A DNA stretch of 64,000 nt from Cetorhinus maximus (taxonomy: Eukaryota), in NCBI RefSeq assembly GCF_964194155.1, contig NC_135910.1, positions 20,460,001 to 20,524,000 of the forward strand. Direction: 5' to 3'. The position numbers and the translations under genes were made by a program. Every line of letters starts with the position of its first letter. The first letter of the stretch is position 1. The notes beneath the pieces are model-generated. The model saw only the letters and a list, made by a program, of their open reading frames with translations. It did not search any database and had not been told where the DNA came from. Of this stretch, positions 1 through 11,244 are shown piece by piece.

Positions 1-995
1 TGCTGAGGGAGTGCTGCACTGTTAGAGGGTCAGTACTGAGGGAATGTTGCACTGCCAGAGCGACAGTATTAGGTAGTCCTGTACTGTTTGATGGGCAGTG
101 TTGAGGGAGCACTGCACTGGCAGAGGGACTGTCCTAAAGGAGTGCGGCACTGTTAAGCAGCATGAATCAGTTGGGTTGTCAGTACCGAGGGGTGCAGCAC
201 TTTCTAAAGCAGCACTAATGGGGGACTGTATTGTCAGAGAGGCAGTACTGAGGGCATGCTGCACTGTTGGAAGGTCGATACTTAAGGAATCCTGTATTGT
301 GGGAGGGACCAGTGCTGAGGGAGCACTGGACTATTGGATGGGCCTGCGTTGAGGAAGTGCTGCACAGTTGCAGGCTCAATACTAAGGGAATGCTGCATTG
401 TTGGAGGGCCAGTCCTGAAAGAAGCCTGCAATATTGGAGGGGCAATACTGAGCAAAGGCTGCACTGTTGGAGGGGCCATGCTGAGGGAGGGCTGCACTGT
501 TGGAGGGGCCACGCTGAGGGAGGGCTGCACTGTTGGAGGGGCCATGCCGAGGGAGGGCTGCACTGTTGGAGGGGCCATGCTGAGGGAGGGCTGCACTGTT
601 GGAGGGGCCATGCTGAGGGAGGGCTGCACTGTTGGAGGGGCCACGCTGAGGGAGGGCTGCACTGTTGGAGGGGCCACGCTGAGGAAGGGCTGCACTGTTG
701 GAGGGGCCATGCTGAGGGAGGGCTGCACTGTTGGAGGAGCCATGCTGAGGGAGGGCTGCACTGTTGGAGGGGCCATGCTGGGGGAGGGCTGCACTGTTGG
801 AGGGGCCATGCTGAGGGAGGGCTGCACTGTTGGAGGGGCCGTGCTGAGGGAGGGCTGCACTGTTGGAGGGGCCATGCTGAGGGAGGGCTGCACTGTTGGA
901 GGGGCCATGCTGTGGAAGGGCTGCATTGTTGGAGGGGCCATGCTGAGGGAGGGCTGCACTGTTGGAGGGGCCATGCTGTGGGAGGGCTGCATTGT
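1..995. repeat. 33-bp G-rich minisatellite (unit GCTGAGGGAGGGCTGCACTGTTGGAGGGGCCAT), about 30 units, runs off the window start
   Basis: Units 455-995 (~16) are nearly identical; units 1-455 are degenerate. The 11-aa periodicity (AEGGLHCWRGH / MAPPTVQPSLS) in the overlapping ORFs matches the 33-bp period. Confidence 0.97.
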
Positions 996-1180
996 CGGGT
1001 GTACTACTGTCCGATGTGATGTAAAGTCAAGGTCCTTTCTCCCTCTCAGCTGGATGCAGAAGAGGCCATGACAGAGCAGGAGAGTTCGAGCAACTTCATC
1101 AACATTCCTCCCTCAATCACCATCAAAAAAAAGAACAGATTAGTTCATCATTTTTTTTTTTCCCTGTGAGTCCTGTGACA
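996..1180 (+). mobile_element. Degenerate Deu-domain SINE body continuing from the minisatellite
   Basis: ...ccctctcagctggatgcagaagaggccatg...aacattcctccctcaatcaccatc resembles the SINE copies at 28855-29125, 34560-34865 and 52600-52990. Confidence 0.6.
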
Positions 1181-1290
1181 AAAGAGCAGAACAGATTTGG
1201 GCCACTAAAAATGTGGCTCCACCACACACAACCAGATTGTCAGTCTTCCTCACCTAGTGCCACATTCCAGTCTATTCATTGAAGTGTCAG

Positions 1291-1966
1291 GGGCCAGGAT
1301 TTTCCTGTCGGTGTGCGTGGGCGGGCCCGACACACCGGAGTGTAAAATGGCGGGTGATGATGTTAGGCGTGCTTCCCGACGTCATCACGCTGCTTCGCAA
1401 TATTCCATTCGGGGGGCACGTGCCAGAGTCTGTGCGCACCCGCTGATAATTGAAAGGCCCATTAAGGCCGCTAACGTACTAATTAACTCCAAATTTACGC
1501 TGCCCGTCCAATCTTACGGCTGGCGGGCAGGCAACAAGACCAAGCAGACCACGGGCGGGATGAGGTTTCCTAAAATTATTACAAATTGAATAAAAACTTT
1601 TACTGCAAAGTAAAAACATGTCCCATCTCATCTCACACAGTCACATGAGGGGACACATTAAGTTAAATTATTCATTCTTTTAATAATTTCTTTAAAAAGC
1701 ACTTCAGTCTTTCTGAGGCAGCTCCATGCCTCAGGGAGATTGATGCGTTCTTCCACACGCATGTGCAAAGAGCGCTGGGCCTGGCTCTCCCCCCTCCTCC
1801 TCCTCCTGCCCGCTCAGCGCTACCGCTCGCAATCCACGCTGGCCGGGTCTTCATTGGCACGCCTGGGTGAAATCGCGGTGCCGAGCTGATCGCGGGCGGG
1901 GGTTCACTCAGTGACAGCCGCTGCCCGCTCCTATCGAGCCCGCCCGACGTGGGAAATATTCAGGCC
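1291..1966 (-). mobile_element. ~0.68-kb non-autonomous DNA transposon (MITE, Harbinger-like), opposite orientation to the copies at 5630, 12227 and 50469
   Basis: Imperfect TIR ggccaggattttcc...gggaaatattcaggcc. CpG-rich arms, AT-rich centre and internal hairpins are shared with four other copies. Confidence 0.8.
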
Positions 1967-2392
1967 ATGATGCACGGAACAGGGCTGGGTGCGTTTCTAG
2001 ATGGCATTGCTGAGTGACTCATTGTTCCGTCTGGAATGGGCCTTTGCAAAGCTCTATGAGAGATGTAGCTTTTAAAGGACCCAAGGTGGTTGCAGCATTT
2101 ATTTTTCAGCACACTTTTTTATTATTCATTTCTGTTGGCATTTTTCTGGAAAAACTCCCTCCATTATTTAAAACAGATTGGGAGGCTTTTCACTTTCTGC
2201 TATTGTTTCCATGCAACTCAAACCAACCCAATATTTTAATTGTCAAGCATTTACAAGCATTCAACCAAAGTGGAAGAACTGACACAAAGAGACAGCATGA
2301 AAAGGAATCCTTACAAAAATATCTTTATCAAAAGCTCAAAGAGTGACAAGGCATCAAATTAAAGGACCTGCTGTTCAGCAACTCAGGTTAAA

Positions 2393-2810
2393 AGAACTTA
2401 CTACAACGTCTTTTATGTCCTCACAACGTCCCAGAGCACCTCAAGCTCTGAAGTGTTTCTGAAGTCTAGTTACTGTTGCAATGTAAGGAATGCAGCAGAA
2501 ATTTTGCAAGGTCCCAAAAACAGCAGTGAGATACATTATCAGATAATTGTTTTAGTTTTGTTAGCTGAGGAATCAATGTTCACCAGAACACTAGGGAGAG
2601 CATGAGTTACTCTTCAAATACAGCCATGAGATCTTTCATATCTGCCTGAGACCAGGCAAAGCCATAGTCCAAGGTCTCATCCAAAAGATGTTCAGAACCT
2701 TGGGCAATACCGAACTCCCTCATCAGTGCATTGAATTGTCAGTTTAGACTCTATGCTTGGGAGTAGGGATTGAACCCATAACCTTCTGCTCAGAGGCAAG
2801 AATGCTGTTT
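2393..2810 (-). mobile_element. Deu-domain tRNA-type SINE (SacSINE1/AmnSINE-like) with L2-type tail
   Basis: Collinear similarity to 52600-52990 (aatgtaaggaatgcagcag..., caccag...tcttcaaata..gccatgagatcttt); B-box-like gggattgaaccc at the head. Confidence 0.7.
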
Positions 2811-2899
2811 GAAGTACTCCACCCACAGTGTTACATTGTTGAAGTGGAATATGTTGAAAGAAGGCTAGAAAGAAATGTAACTGCACCACAGTAAATCTT

Positions 2900-3081
2900 A
2901 AGATAAAAGCAAAAATCTGCGGATGCTGGAAATCCAAAACAAAAACAAAAATAAAAATACCTGGAAAAACTCAGCAGGTTCTGTTGATGTCATATGGACT
3001 TGAAACGTTAACTGTGTTCCACTCCGCAGATGCTGTCAGACCTGCTGAGTTTTTCCAGGTATTTTTATTTTTGTTTTTGTT
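2900..3081. mobile_element. Fold-back mini-insertion of Penelope-like element (PLE) 3' ends with central hammerhead-like motif
   Basis: Perfect 14-bp TSD ccacagtaaatctt (2886-2899, 3082-3095). Arms aaaaatacctggaaaaactcagcagg / cctgctgagtttttccaggtattttt are inverted. The sequence matches the PLE ends at 58690-58832 and 62950-63073. Confidence 0.88.
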
Positions 3082-3419
3082 CCACAGTAAATCTTCCCAG
3101 GCTCTTCATTATGTCACCATCGTGGGACAAACCTGGGCAAACATAAGGAATTGTTTGTCCAGGTACTGAGCCAACACAGGCGCATTTGCAGGTCTGTCCT
3201 TCTGACAAAGACATCTGGAACCAACCTACACTGTGCAGGTGGCACTGCCAGTGACAAAGGCATCTTCTCCCTTAACTTTTTATTGCCACCATCCGTAAAG
3301 CATGTGGCACTAATGCCCCGCAGAGAAGATGGCTCTCAAGAAACAAACTAGGGAATCCTTCTTACACTCACCTCATACAGGAGCACTTACCAGCCACAAC
3401 ATGGGTCATGTATGGTATC

Positions 3420-3850
3420 ATGAAGAAGATGGGACTGTTCTCCTTGAACAGGAGAAGGCTGAGAGGAGATTTGATGGAGGTGTTCAAAATCAGGAGGGGG
3501 CTGCAAAGGGTAGACAGGGAGAAACTGTTCCTGCTCATAAAAAAGGTCAAGAACAAGGGGGCACAGGTTTAAAGCGATTTGCAAAAGCAGTAAATGTGAC
3601 ATGAGAAAAACATTTTCACTCAGCAAGTGGTTCGGGTCTGGAATGCACAGCCTGGACGTGTGGTGGAGGCAGGTTCAATTGAGGCATTCAAGAGGGCATT
3701 AGATAACTACTTGAATAGAAGCAATGTGCAAAGATACAGGAAAAAGGCAGGAGAATGGCACTAGGTCATAATGCTCATTCGGAGAGCCGGTGCAGACACG
3801 ATGGGCTGAATGGCCTCCATCTGTGCTGTAACATTCTGTGACTCTATGAT
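3420..3850 (+). mobile_element. CR1/HER1-type LINE 3' fragment
   Basis: Degenerate LFSLEQ-RLRGDL...FTQ-VV-VWN coding remnant; 3' end gatgggctgaatggcctcc..ctgtgctgtaa. Confidence 0.85.
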
Positions 3851-4555
3851 GTCCCAGAGCTGCTGTATTGTGCCCCCCACAATGTGTTTTCTCACGTTCA
3901 ATGGGAAGTCCTTGAATATAGGAGGGGGATAAAAGTGGAGGGATTCCGGGAGGTAGCTGGCCTGATTCCCTAGTCCATCCTCTGACATTCCCACACTATT
4001 GGTAGCTGGGCCTATTGGCGCACCGACAGGGGATGAAGCATATTCTTACTGGAAACTCCTGCCTTCAATAAACTGCAAAGGAATCGTTCCAAATTCATCC
4101 AGCTTCTGATAGCCTTCTTGAAATATTAAATCTGTTCCTCTCCACAGATGCTGTCAAATCTGCTCAGTATTTCCAACACTTTCTGTTTTTATTTCATTTA
4201 ACTTTGGACTGTTGTCATAAGTTTTGTGGGAGACCTTTATCCCACCTGTGGTTATGCTTACCTTGTCAGTATAACTGCCAACTGATGAGCACTAACTGCA
4301 CTTAACAGATTGTGAACTGACGAATTGCTATTTCAAACCAAACCACCCTTAATTAAGATGAATTAGATCTCTGAGAGTGTATCACAAATACTGCTTTATT
4401 ATAGGATCTACAACAAAAATTCGCTGTGGTTTTCACAACTAAACAACCTTGATTCTTGGAGAAGGAATATTTTCCCCTCACCTAAATACTCTTTCCATTT
4501 TCTTTGTGTGGTGGGGATGCTTGATTTAGTGTAAATCAAGTTGAAGGATATCAGT

Positions 4556-4779
4556 AAGATAAATGCAAAATATTGCAGATTTTGGAAATCTGAAACAAAA
4601 ACAGAAAATGCTGGAAAAACTCAGCAGGTCTGGCAGCATCTGTGGAGAGAGAAACAGAGTTAACGTTTTCAAATCCATATGACCTTTCTTCAGATAGACT
4701 CAAAACATTAACTCTGTTTCTCTCTTCACAGATGCTGCCAGACCTGCTGAGTTCTTCCAGCATTTTCTATTTTTGTTGG
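4556..4779. mobile_element. Second fold-back PLE mini-insertion with hammerhead motif on the minus strand
   Basis: Perfect 14-bp TSD tgaaggatatcagt (4542-4555, 4780-4793) and ~75-bp inverted arms. The minus strand at 4658-4694 reads CTGAAGA-aaggtc-atatg-gattt-GAAAAC-GTT. Confidence 0.88.
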
Positions 4780-5427
4780 TGAAGGATATCAGTGTCAGTG
4801 GAGTGCGTTCCCACTTTGAGAAAGTCATGTGAGCGTTTAACATCCCCTTCGTCAGGTCTCCAAACAGACAAACAGTCTTTCCCTTTTCATCCTGACATGT
4901 CCTTCATTATTTTGAAAAGCTGTCTTAACTTTCATCTGCTCCAGTGGGAACTTTTACAATATTTCCTCTTCTCAGAACTCTAGTTCCCCCATTCCTGTCA
5001 TCATGGTGAATCTACACTGTTCATTTCTTCCTGCTTTATTTCTTTCTCTGTGCTCGGTACTGTCACTGTGGCCTCGCTCTTTGCTCTTGCTCTTCCATTG
5101 ATAAAACCCAAAATGTTGCTGGAATTTTATAACTTGATTTGCAGCATTTGCACATGTAAAATGATGTAGTTTACCCGGTGCCTCCCTGCTCTTTCACCAC
5201 CTTTCAGTTGAGCTGATATTCCTATTTTTTCATTTTGCCTCCCACAACTGTGTTGCTTACTTCATTATTTAATAATGTGCAATTAGTGGATCATTGCTTG
5301 TTCTACTAACTTGTCTGGTTTCTCCTGAGGTATTTTGCAGTTCTCACTGTTTAAATCTCCTAACTTTTGTGCCTCAACTAAATTCAATATTGTGCACAAG
5401 CCCAATTCAGCCTCACATTGAGAGGAA

Positions 5428-5556
5428 GGCTGGAATTTTCCAGCTGGCCCTGCACTGGGCTCCCCCACGGCGGGGCCAGTGAGCCAGTGAAACCTCTGTT
5501 CACATCGGCGGGACCAGAGGATCCTGCTGGCATGAGGGGCTGGAAAATTCCAGCCC
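5428..5556. mobile_element. ~130-bp short MITE
   Basis: Perfect 17-bp TIR ggctggaattttccagc / gctggaaaattccagcc, with possible aag TSD. Termini resemble those of the 0.7-kb MITEs. Confidence 0.75.
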
Positions 5557-5629
5557 AAGACTGACCCCAGTGCTGTTACCTGGGGTACATCATTTCCAAC
5601 ACTTCTCCAATTTGTGCAACACACACCCT

Positions 5630-6286
5630 GGGCTGAATTTTCCGTTCGTCGGGCGGGCAGAGCTGACCCAATCGTGGGCCGCGGCGACATTTTACGTGGG
5701 CGGGCCAATTAAGGCCCGCCCAGCGTGACCATCTGCAGGGAAGCTCCCTGTGCGGGCGGGGAGGAAACCCCTAAGATCGAGAGTGCGTTCTTTCACGCCT
5801 GTGCACGAAAGAGCGCACTCAACTCCCTGAGGCTAAGTGCAGCCTCAGGGAGATTGCCTCTACTTTTAAAAATATTAAAAATAGAGAAAAAAAAATTCCC
5901 TTACATGTCCCCTCATGTGACAATGTCACATGAGTTGGGACATGTTCATAATTTACATAACAACTTTATTAAAATTTTTAAAATCCTACATGAAACCTCA
6001 GCCTGCCGGTGGATGAGGTTTCATATTTTTTCTACTTCCCGCTGGGGCTCCAACCCCTTAAGGTTGGACGGGCAGGTCCACTAATTACTTTAATTGATCC
6101 TTTCAATGGCCTCAATTGGCCTTTGACAGGTCGGCGGGCGGACAGCTGATTTTGCTGCACCCTCGCCTTCCTGAAAATTTAAATGGGACGCGGTGACATC
6201 GGGAATTTCGTCCGACGTCATCCCGCGTCACTTTATGTGTCGGCAAGCGGGCCCCGCCCCCACTCGCCGATGGTAAAATCCTGTCC
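5630..6286 (+). mobile_element. ~0.66-kb Harbinger-like MITE
   Basis: Termini gggctgaattttcc...ggtaaaatcctgtcc. Internal hairpins ctccctgaggc/gcctcagggag, ctcatgtgaca/tgtcacatgag and atgaaacctca/tgaggtttcat. Confidence 0.85.
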
Positions 6287-9200
6287 TATCCATCAATCCA
6301 CGTCTGAAAATCCACATTCGCAACATCTACTACACTCACTTCATCTAATCACTTCAAAACAATTCTATCAAATTAGTCAAACATAGCTTATCTCTAACAA
6401 GTCCCTGCTGGCTCACCTTAATTGTCCATTTCTAAAAGGTCACTAAATTGATCTTGAATTGTGGATTCTAAAAATTGCTCACAACAGATAGTTAATCCCA
6501 TGCTCTAACAGATAGGGTGGTCATTACTGGACAAATAGGGTAAACGTCAGCAGTAACCTTTCGCCCACTAGGGGTCTGTAAGCCTTGCCTCTGTTAGAGC
6601 TCTCTGGGCTAATTAAGTGTTATATGCTTCTCCCCCACCCATCCTTAGGCAGTGAGTCACCTCCAGCCCCCATTTGTGCTCCTCCTTCTTGATCATTTTA
6701 GCTAAGCTGGGCTATGGTTCTATCATGTTGGAGGCCAGGCAGTCAATTGGTTTTCCCAAGTGGGTCCATCAGAGACTGACACAATCCTGTCTACTCCTGG
6801 GGTAGGAGTCATTGCCATCAGAACAGGAACACCACTTTATTATTTTTGTGCTCCCCTTAGCCCAAGGATACCAAAGCTGAGTTACAATGCTGTAACCACC
6901 AACACAGCTCAGACCAGCTAAGCCGATGTCTGGTTTAACTCTGCACTGAGAACAATTATAAATTAAGGCAAATTGGGATATCTCAGTCTCATCTTACCTA
7001 CAATCACTAGCCCATAAATCACGTCCCTTACCAAGTTAAGTAAGGTCAACCTCAAACATTTGGTACAACAAGAATTGCAACACAAATCATGCAGTCCTGA
7101 GGCAGAAATTAGCATAAAATCCTCCACATGAATGATGATTGAAAATTTCTGTCCTTTCATAAATAATATCTTGAGCACAAAATGGGACCAATAAAGATTT
7201 AAAATGGTTAAAGGCAATTCAAAATAAAACAACATTTTCCCTTTTTTTTTTAAAAAGCTTCCAATTTACCCTGGAGCACACAAGGCAGTCATACCAAGAA
7301 ACTGATCGCATGATAAAACCCCTAGATATAATTCATTATCTTGCAAAGCAGTTTAATACTCATTTTACCTGTCATTTCTTCAATCACAAAAAAATGATCT
7401 ATTCAATATTAAAATTATTTGATGATCTGCAAACCTTTCTTCCCTCATTCTCTTTTTCCATCTGTCTTCCCTTCTCTCCAAATGACTTCAGGGGTTCCCA
7501 TTCATCTCATAGTGAATTCCAGTGCAAATCTAGTCTCTGTTCTATTTCAGAATTTATCTCACTCATAGTTCAACATTACTCTGGTAAAAAGTGGCTGTCG
7601 ACAGTTTGATTTGCCTTCTGAGAATCAAGAAACTATTACATTTAAGCTTTGAGAGATTGTGGGATGAGAGAAAGGCCATTTGGACAATAGAGCCTCACCT
7701 TTCAATGGAATAACTGTGATTGAGTGAGTGACTGACTTGAGTTTGTTCATGAACATCCTTGGATCAAACTGTGTTGCAAAACCTCCATAGGTTCCTTGAA
7801 GAATGCCTGGATTCAGGGATGAAGAGTTGCCAATTGTGCCAAGGGACCAGAGGGCTGTAACCCTGTGCGAATCTTTAGGAGAGGAGAAGGCCGAGGATGG
7901 ACGGTGTGGAGCAGTGAATGGAAGGCCGGTAGCTGACTTCCTCACAAGTCAGGGGAGCTGAAGCTACAACATCTGCATTATTGGGAACTAGCAGTTTATT
8001 AGAAGAGTATCAGGAAAGTGCACCAGAGCTGAGGGCCTGATTGGATAAGCTTATTGGTTATCAGTTGATGAAGAAGAATTGGAGCTGAGGTCAACTCTCA
8101 AGGAAACAGAGTGATTGATTGGGCCTGATGGGCTTTTCTGTTTTTTCCAAATTCCTTGCCTAACCCTTCGGATTTGAGGGCTCTCTGCCACAGCCCAATT
8201 GATTGATCTTCCCTCCATTCAAATAGAATGAACGGAAGTGTGTCAGAAACATAAAAAAAATCACATGATTATAACAAAAAGTGAAACCATTTCTCAGTGA
8301 GTTGATGAGGCAACAGCGTAACTTCCAAGGGGCAGTGGTTTCAATTGATCTGCTACAGTGAAATGGTGACATGGAGAAATCAGACAATGGCTGTCTCATC
8401 AAATAATGTCAAAATCTCAGTATGAAATTCTATCTGTTCCATAATAAATCCCATTCTATTTTCTAGCAAAGCAATTAGCCCAGTGAGAAGGAATTGCCTT
8501 TCAATCTAAACTACTTTTCATTCCAAACAAATTGGATAACCACCACACTTTCTTAAAATAGACGAAACCATAGATATTTGTGAAGAAATAGACACACACA
8601 AGAGTTTGTGTTATTCAAAGAATCTGCTCTACTCACTGATTGACAATCTGACAACCTTGTCAACTTTAGATAAAGCCGTTAAAGTGTCCCAGTGGGATTT
8701 GTGCAGATTCTTAGTGAGGATAAGGTTCCTGGTGGGGAGGCAATTGTGGGGGGTAGCCAGCAGTGGCCCACAGGTTTAATGTGAAACCAGAGAGAGCATT
8801 CCTGCTCTTCCCAGCTTCATCATAAAGCAGTTCAAAAGACTAAACATGTGCCTCCTTGGAGGGAGCCTCCAGTGGTCTCTTCAAGATTGGCTGGTTTTGT
8901 TGCCATGCATTTGAGGATCCGTATGGGGCATTCTGCAATCAATCACTCACAAATAATTTGGTAATAGGGTTTCAAATGGGTTTGAAACCCTATTTTAGAT
9001 GTGGCCTATGGACATCTATACAGGAACCATTACCAAAATGGTGGATAGTGCACTTCCATCTTCCAACTTAATATACACAGAACCAGCTCTATTGGTTGCT
9101 TAGGCACCTGTTCTATGTCTGTAAAAAGACAACATAATCCTAAACTGCTGAGTCTTGCTAGGGTAAGTCCCACAAGTGGTAACTGTGTTCAACATCTGAG

Positions 9201-9831
9201 TTTGAGGAACGATGGAGGAAACTTTGGACTTTAAAGAGTATATCTGAGAAATGTTCATAGTAAAGTACTTGAGACAAAAAGTCAAACAAACAAAATTCAA
9301 ATTTTGGACTGGTTTCAGAAGTTTTTCACACAAAAGATCAAAACTCAAATGGGTTCCAGGAACACTAAGACAGCTAAACCCTGGAAGTATTTAAATCACA
9401 ACTGACTTTCTCAGTGGGGGACCTTTCGATCTTTTTGGCTGGATGAACGGATGAGAAACAGAACAGCCATGATATAATTTGACAGTGGACCAGAGTTGAG
9501 GGGTTGAATGGCCTCTTCTTGTTCCAATGTTCCTAACTCAGGTGGACCAAATGGCATTGTTACTTTGTGACATAGGCTGAAGGGTCTACTTCATCCAAAC
9601 CACGCACCACCCAATAATCACCACCCCCCCAACAACCACAGCCCCTCACTTCAAACTCAAATAGTGGGGAGGGAGGGGAATGAAAGAATATTTAATACAA
9701 AAATGGCTCATTGCATGTTGATTCATATTTTCAAAGGAATTAATCCCATTTTATGGCGATACAGTTGAGCAGAATATTTCCAAAGGCAAGATCAGACAAT
9801 AACCACTTCACTTTAAGAGGCAAATATTTAC

Positions 9832-9892
9832 GTGACCTCCACATTGATGATGTTCAAGGTGAAAGGGACATGTTGCCTGAAAGTTCCTGAGC
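9832..9892 (-). other. Candidate 61-bp internal exon of the minus-strand gene
   Basis: Minus strand: pyrimidine tract ttttcttttgctatactgttcag|GCTCAGG...GAGGTCAC|gtaaat, in non-repetitive sequence. No homology evidence. Confidence 0.3.
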
Positions 9893-10067
9893 CTGAACAG
9901 TATAGCAAAAGAAAATCTGCGTTTGTTTAAATAAACTTTTTGCCTCTTATAGTTGTGATCCTATTCAGACTGGCCCAATGCAGGAAATGAATCTCTCTAC
10001 ATGAAACAACCTTGCTTAGCTTCAATCCAGACCCTCAGGAGTGAAGCAACCAACTAAGCTACAAACT

Positions 10068-10780
10068 GGTGCTGAGATTTTGGGCTCGATTTTAACATAG
10101 GCTCAGGACCCCAACATTGGGACCAAATGGGGGTCTCGAGCCCATACTTGCCGGCAGTGGGACTGCCTTGGCTAATTTATCAGTCTGTCTTTGGGCTTGA
10201 CATCTAGTTAGAGACAAGGAGAGGGCTCTTGATTCTGCTGGCCCAATCAGAGGGCCAGCAATTCTGAAGCCTCAAGAGCCCCGGTTAGAGACCTCAGGGG
10301 CATCTTGTAATATAGGCACGCCAGGGAGCTAATGAAAGATTAAAATTTAGGGAGCTGAGAGTGGTGGCCCTCTGAGACGGAGGGTAAACCATTCTAAATT
10401 GCCCATTGGGACCATGGGGTCTGCCTTCACCGCCTGTGGTCCCTTCTTTGAGCCAAGGAACTTCAGGCTTCGATAGCCCTGTGGACTGCTGTAGACAGGC
10501 TGCCTCCATGAAGCTGGTGTTGTCCTGTTGTGTTGGGAGGTGGGAGATGGGGGTAGCTGCTCCAGGATTGGCAAAATGCTGGTGGCCATGTAATATGGCC
10601 CTTCATGGGGCCTTTAGTTATGCAAGCTGACTGCTAGCCTTCTGTGGGGAAGCAGCCATTGGGAAAGCTCCCGGGTGGAAGAATTGCATCAGAGAGATGC
10701 CCTGACACAGTTCCTCACTAATGTACTGCCCCCCACCTGCCTCCAAGCCTGCCACCCCAGGAGCCAGGAAAGCTCTGCCC
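10068..10780. mobile_element. Old, degenerate GC-rich MITE
   Basis: Decayed termini of the ggg..gattt / aaa..ctgccc type and a ggcccaatcagagg motif shared with 16807-17503. Confidence 0.5.
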
Positions 10781-10799
10781 ACAATGTATCTCATGTTTA

Positions 10800-11240
10800 G
10801 TATTAAACAGCATATCCCTTCCACTGTTCACAGCTGGCAAAGGTACAGACTGTACCCAACCAGCCTGTGCTTGTAAAACTCAAAACACAGTCTCCAACAA
10901 TAGATGTGATTCCATGATTGGACAACATTTGCTAAATAATCCTTGGTGTGCTAAGAATTACGCTGACAACCAATTTAAGATTGTCAGTCGGGCTCAGTGT
11001 GGCACATTTGCGTGTACTGGAAGCTACATATATTAATACACGGGGCCCTATTCTTTACAGACAGAAAAAACATGTACACACATTGCACCCGTTTCAGCTA
11101 AACAAAATAAGTGACAGCCATTCACTGGTTCATTCCTCAGGGCAATGCATTGTCCAATCAGAGTCAAGCTGCCTAGTTTCAATTTTTTTTAAAAAAATGC
11201 TTGGCAGTTAACTGTCAGTCACCATCAACTGATGCATGCT
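10800..11240 (+). mobile_element. Penelope-like element 3' part, decayed GIY-YIG endonuclease C-terminus (second PLE family)
   Basis: Frameshifted translation IKQHIPS...DS-IGQHLLNNPWCAKNYADNQFKIVSRA..VAHLRVLEATYINTRGPILYRQK is typical of the PLE GIY-YIG end. Confidence 0.8.
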
Positions 11241-11244
11241 TAGT

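Noticed and set aside
267-1071. Three long overlapping ORFs (236-250 aa) with 11-aa repeats
   Set aside because: By-product of a 33-bp (multiple of 3) tandem unit that lacks stops in several frames; no gene context.
4262-4407. Possible minus-strand exon (ttttgttgtag acceptor, AAG|GTAAGC donor)
   Set aside because: Splice-like words occur by chance in 26 kb of intron, and there is no coding or conservation support.
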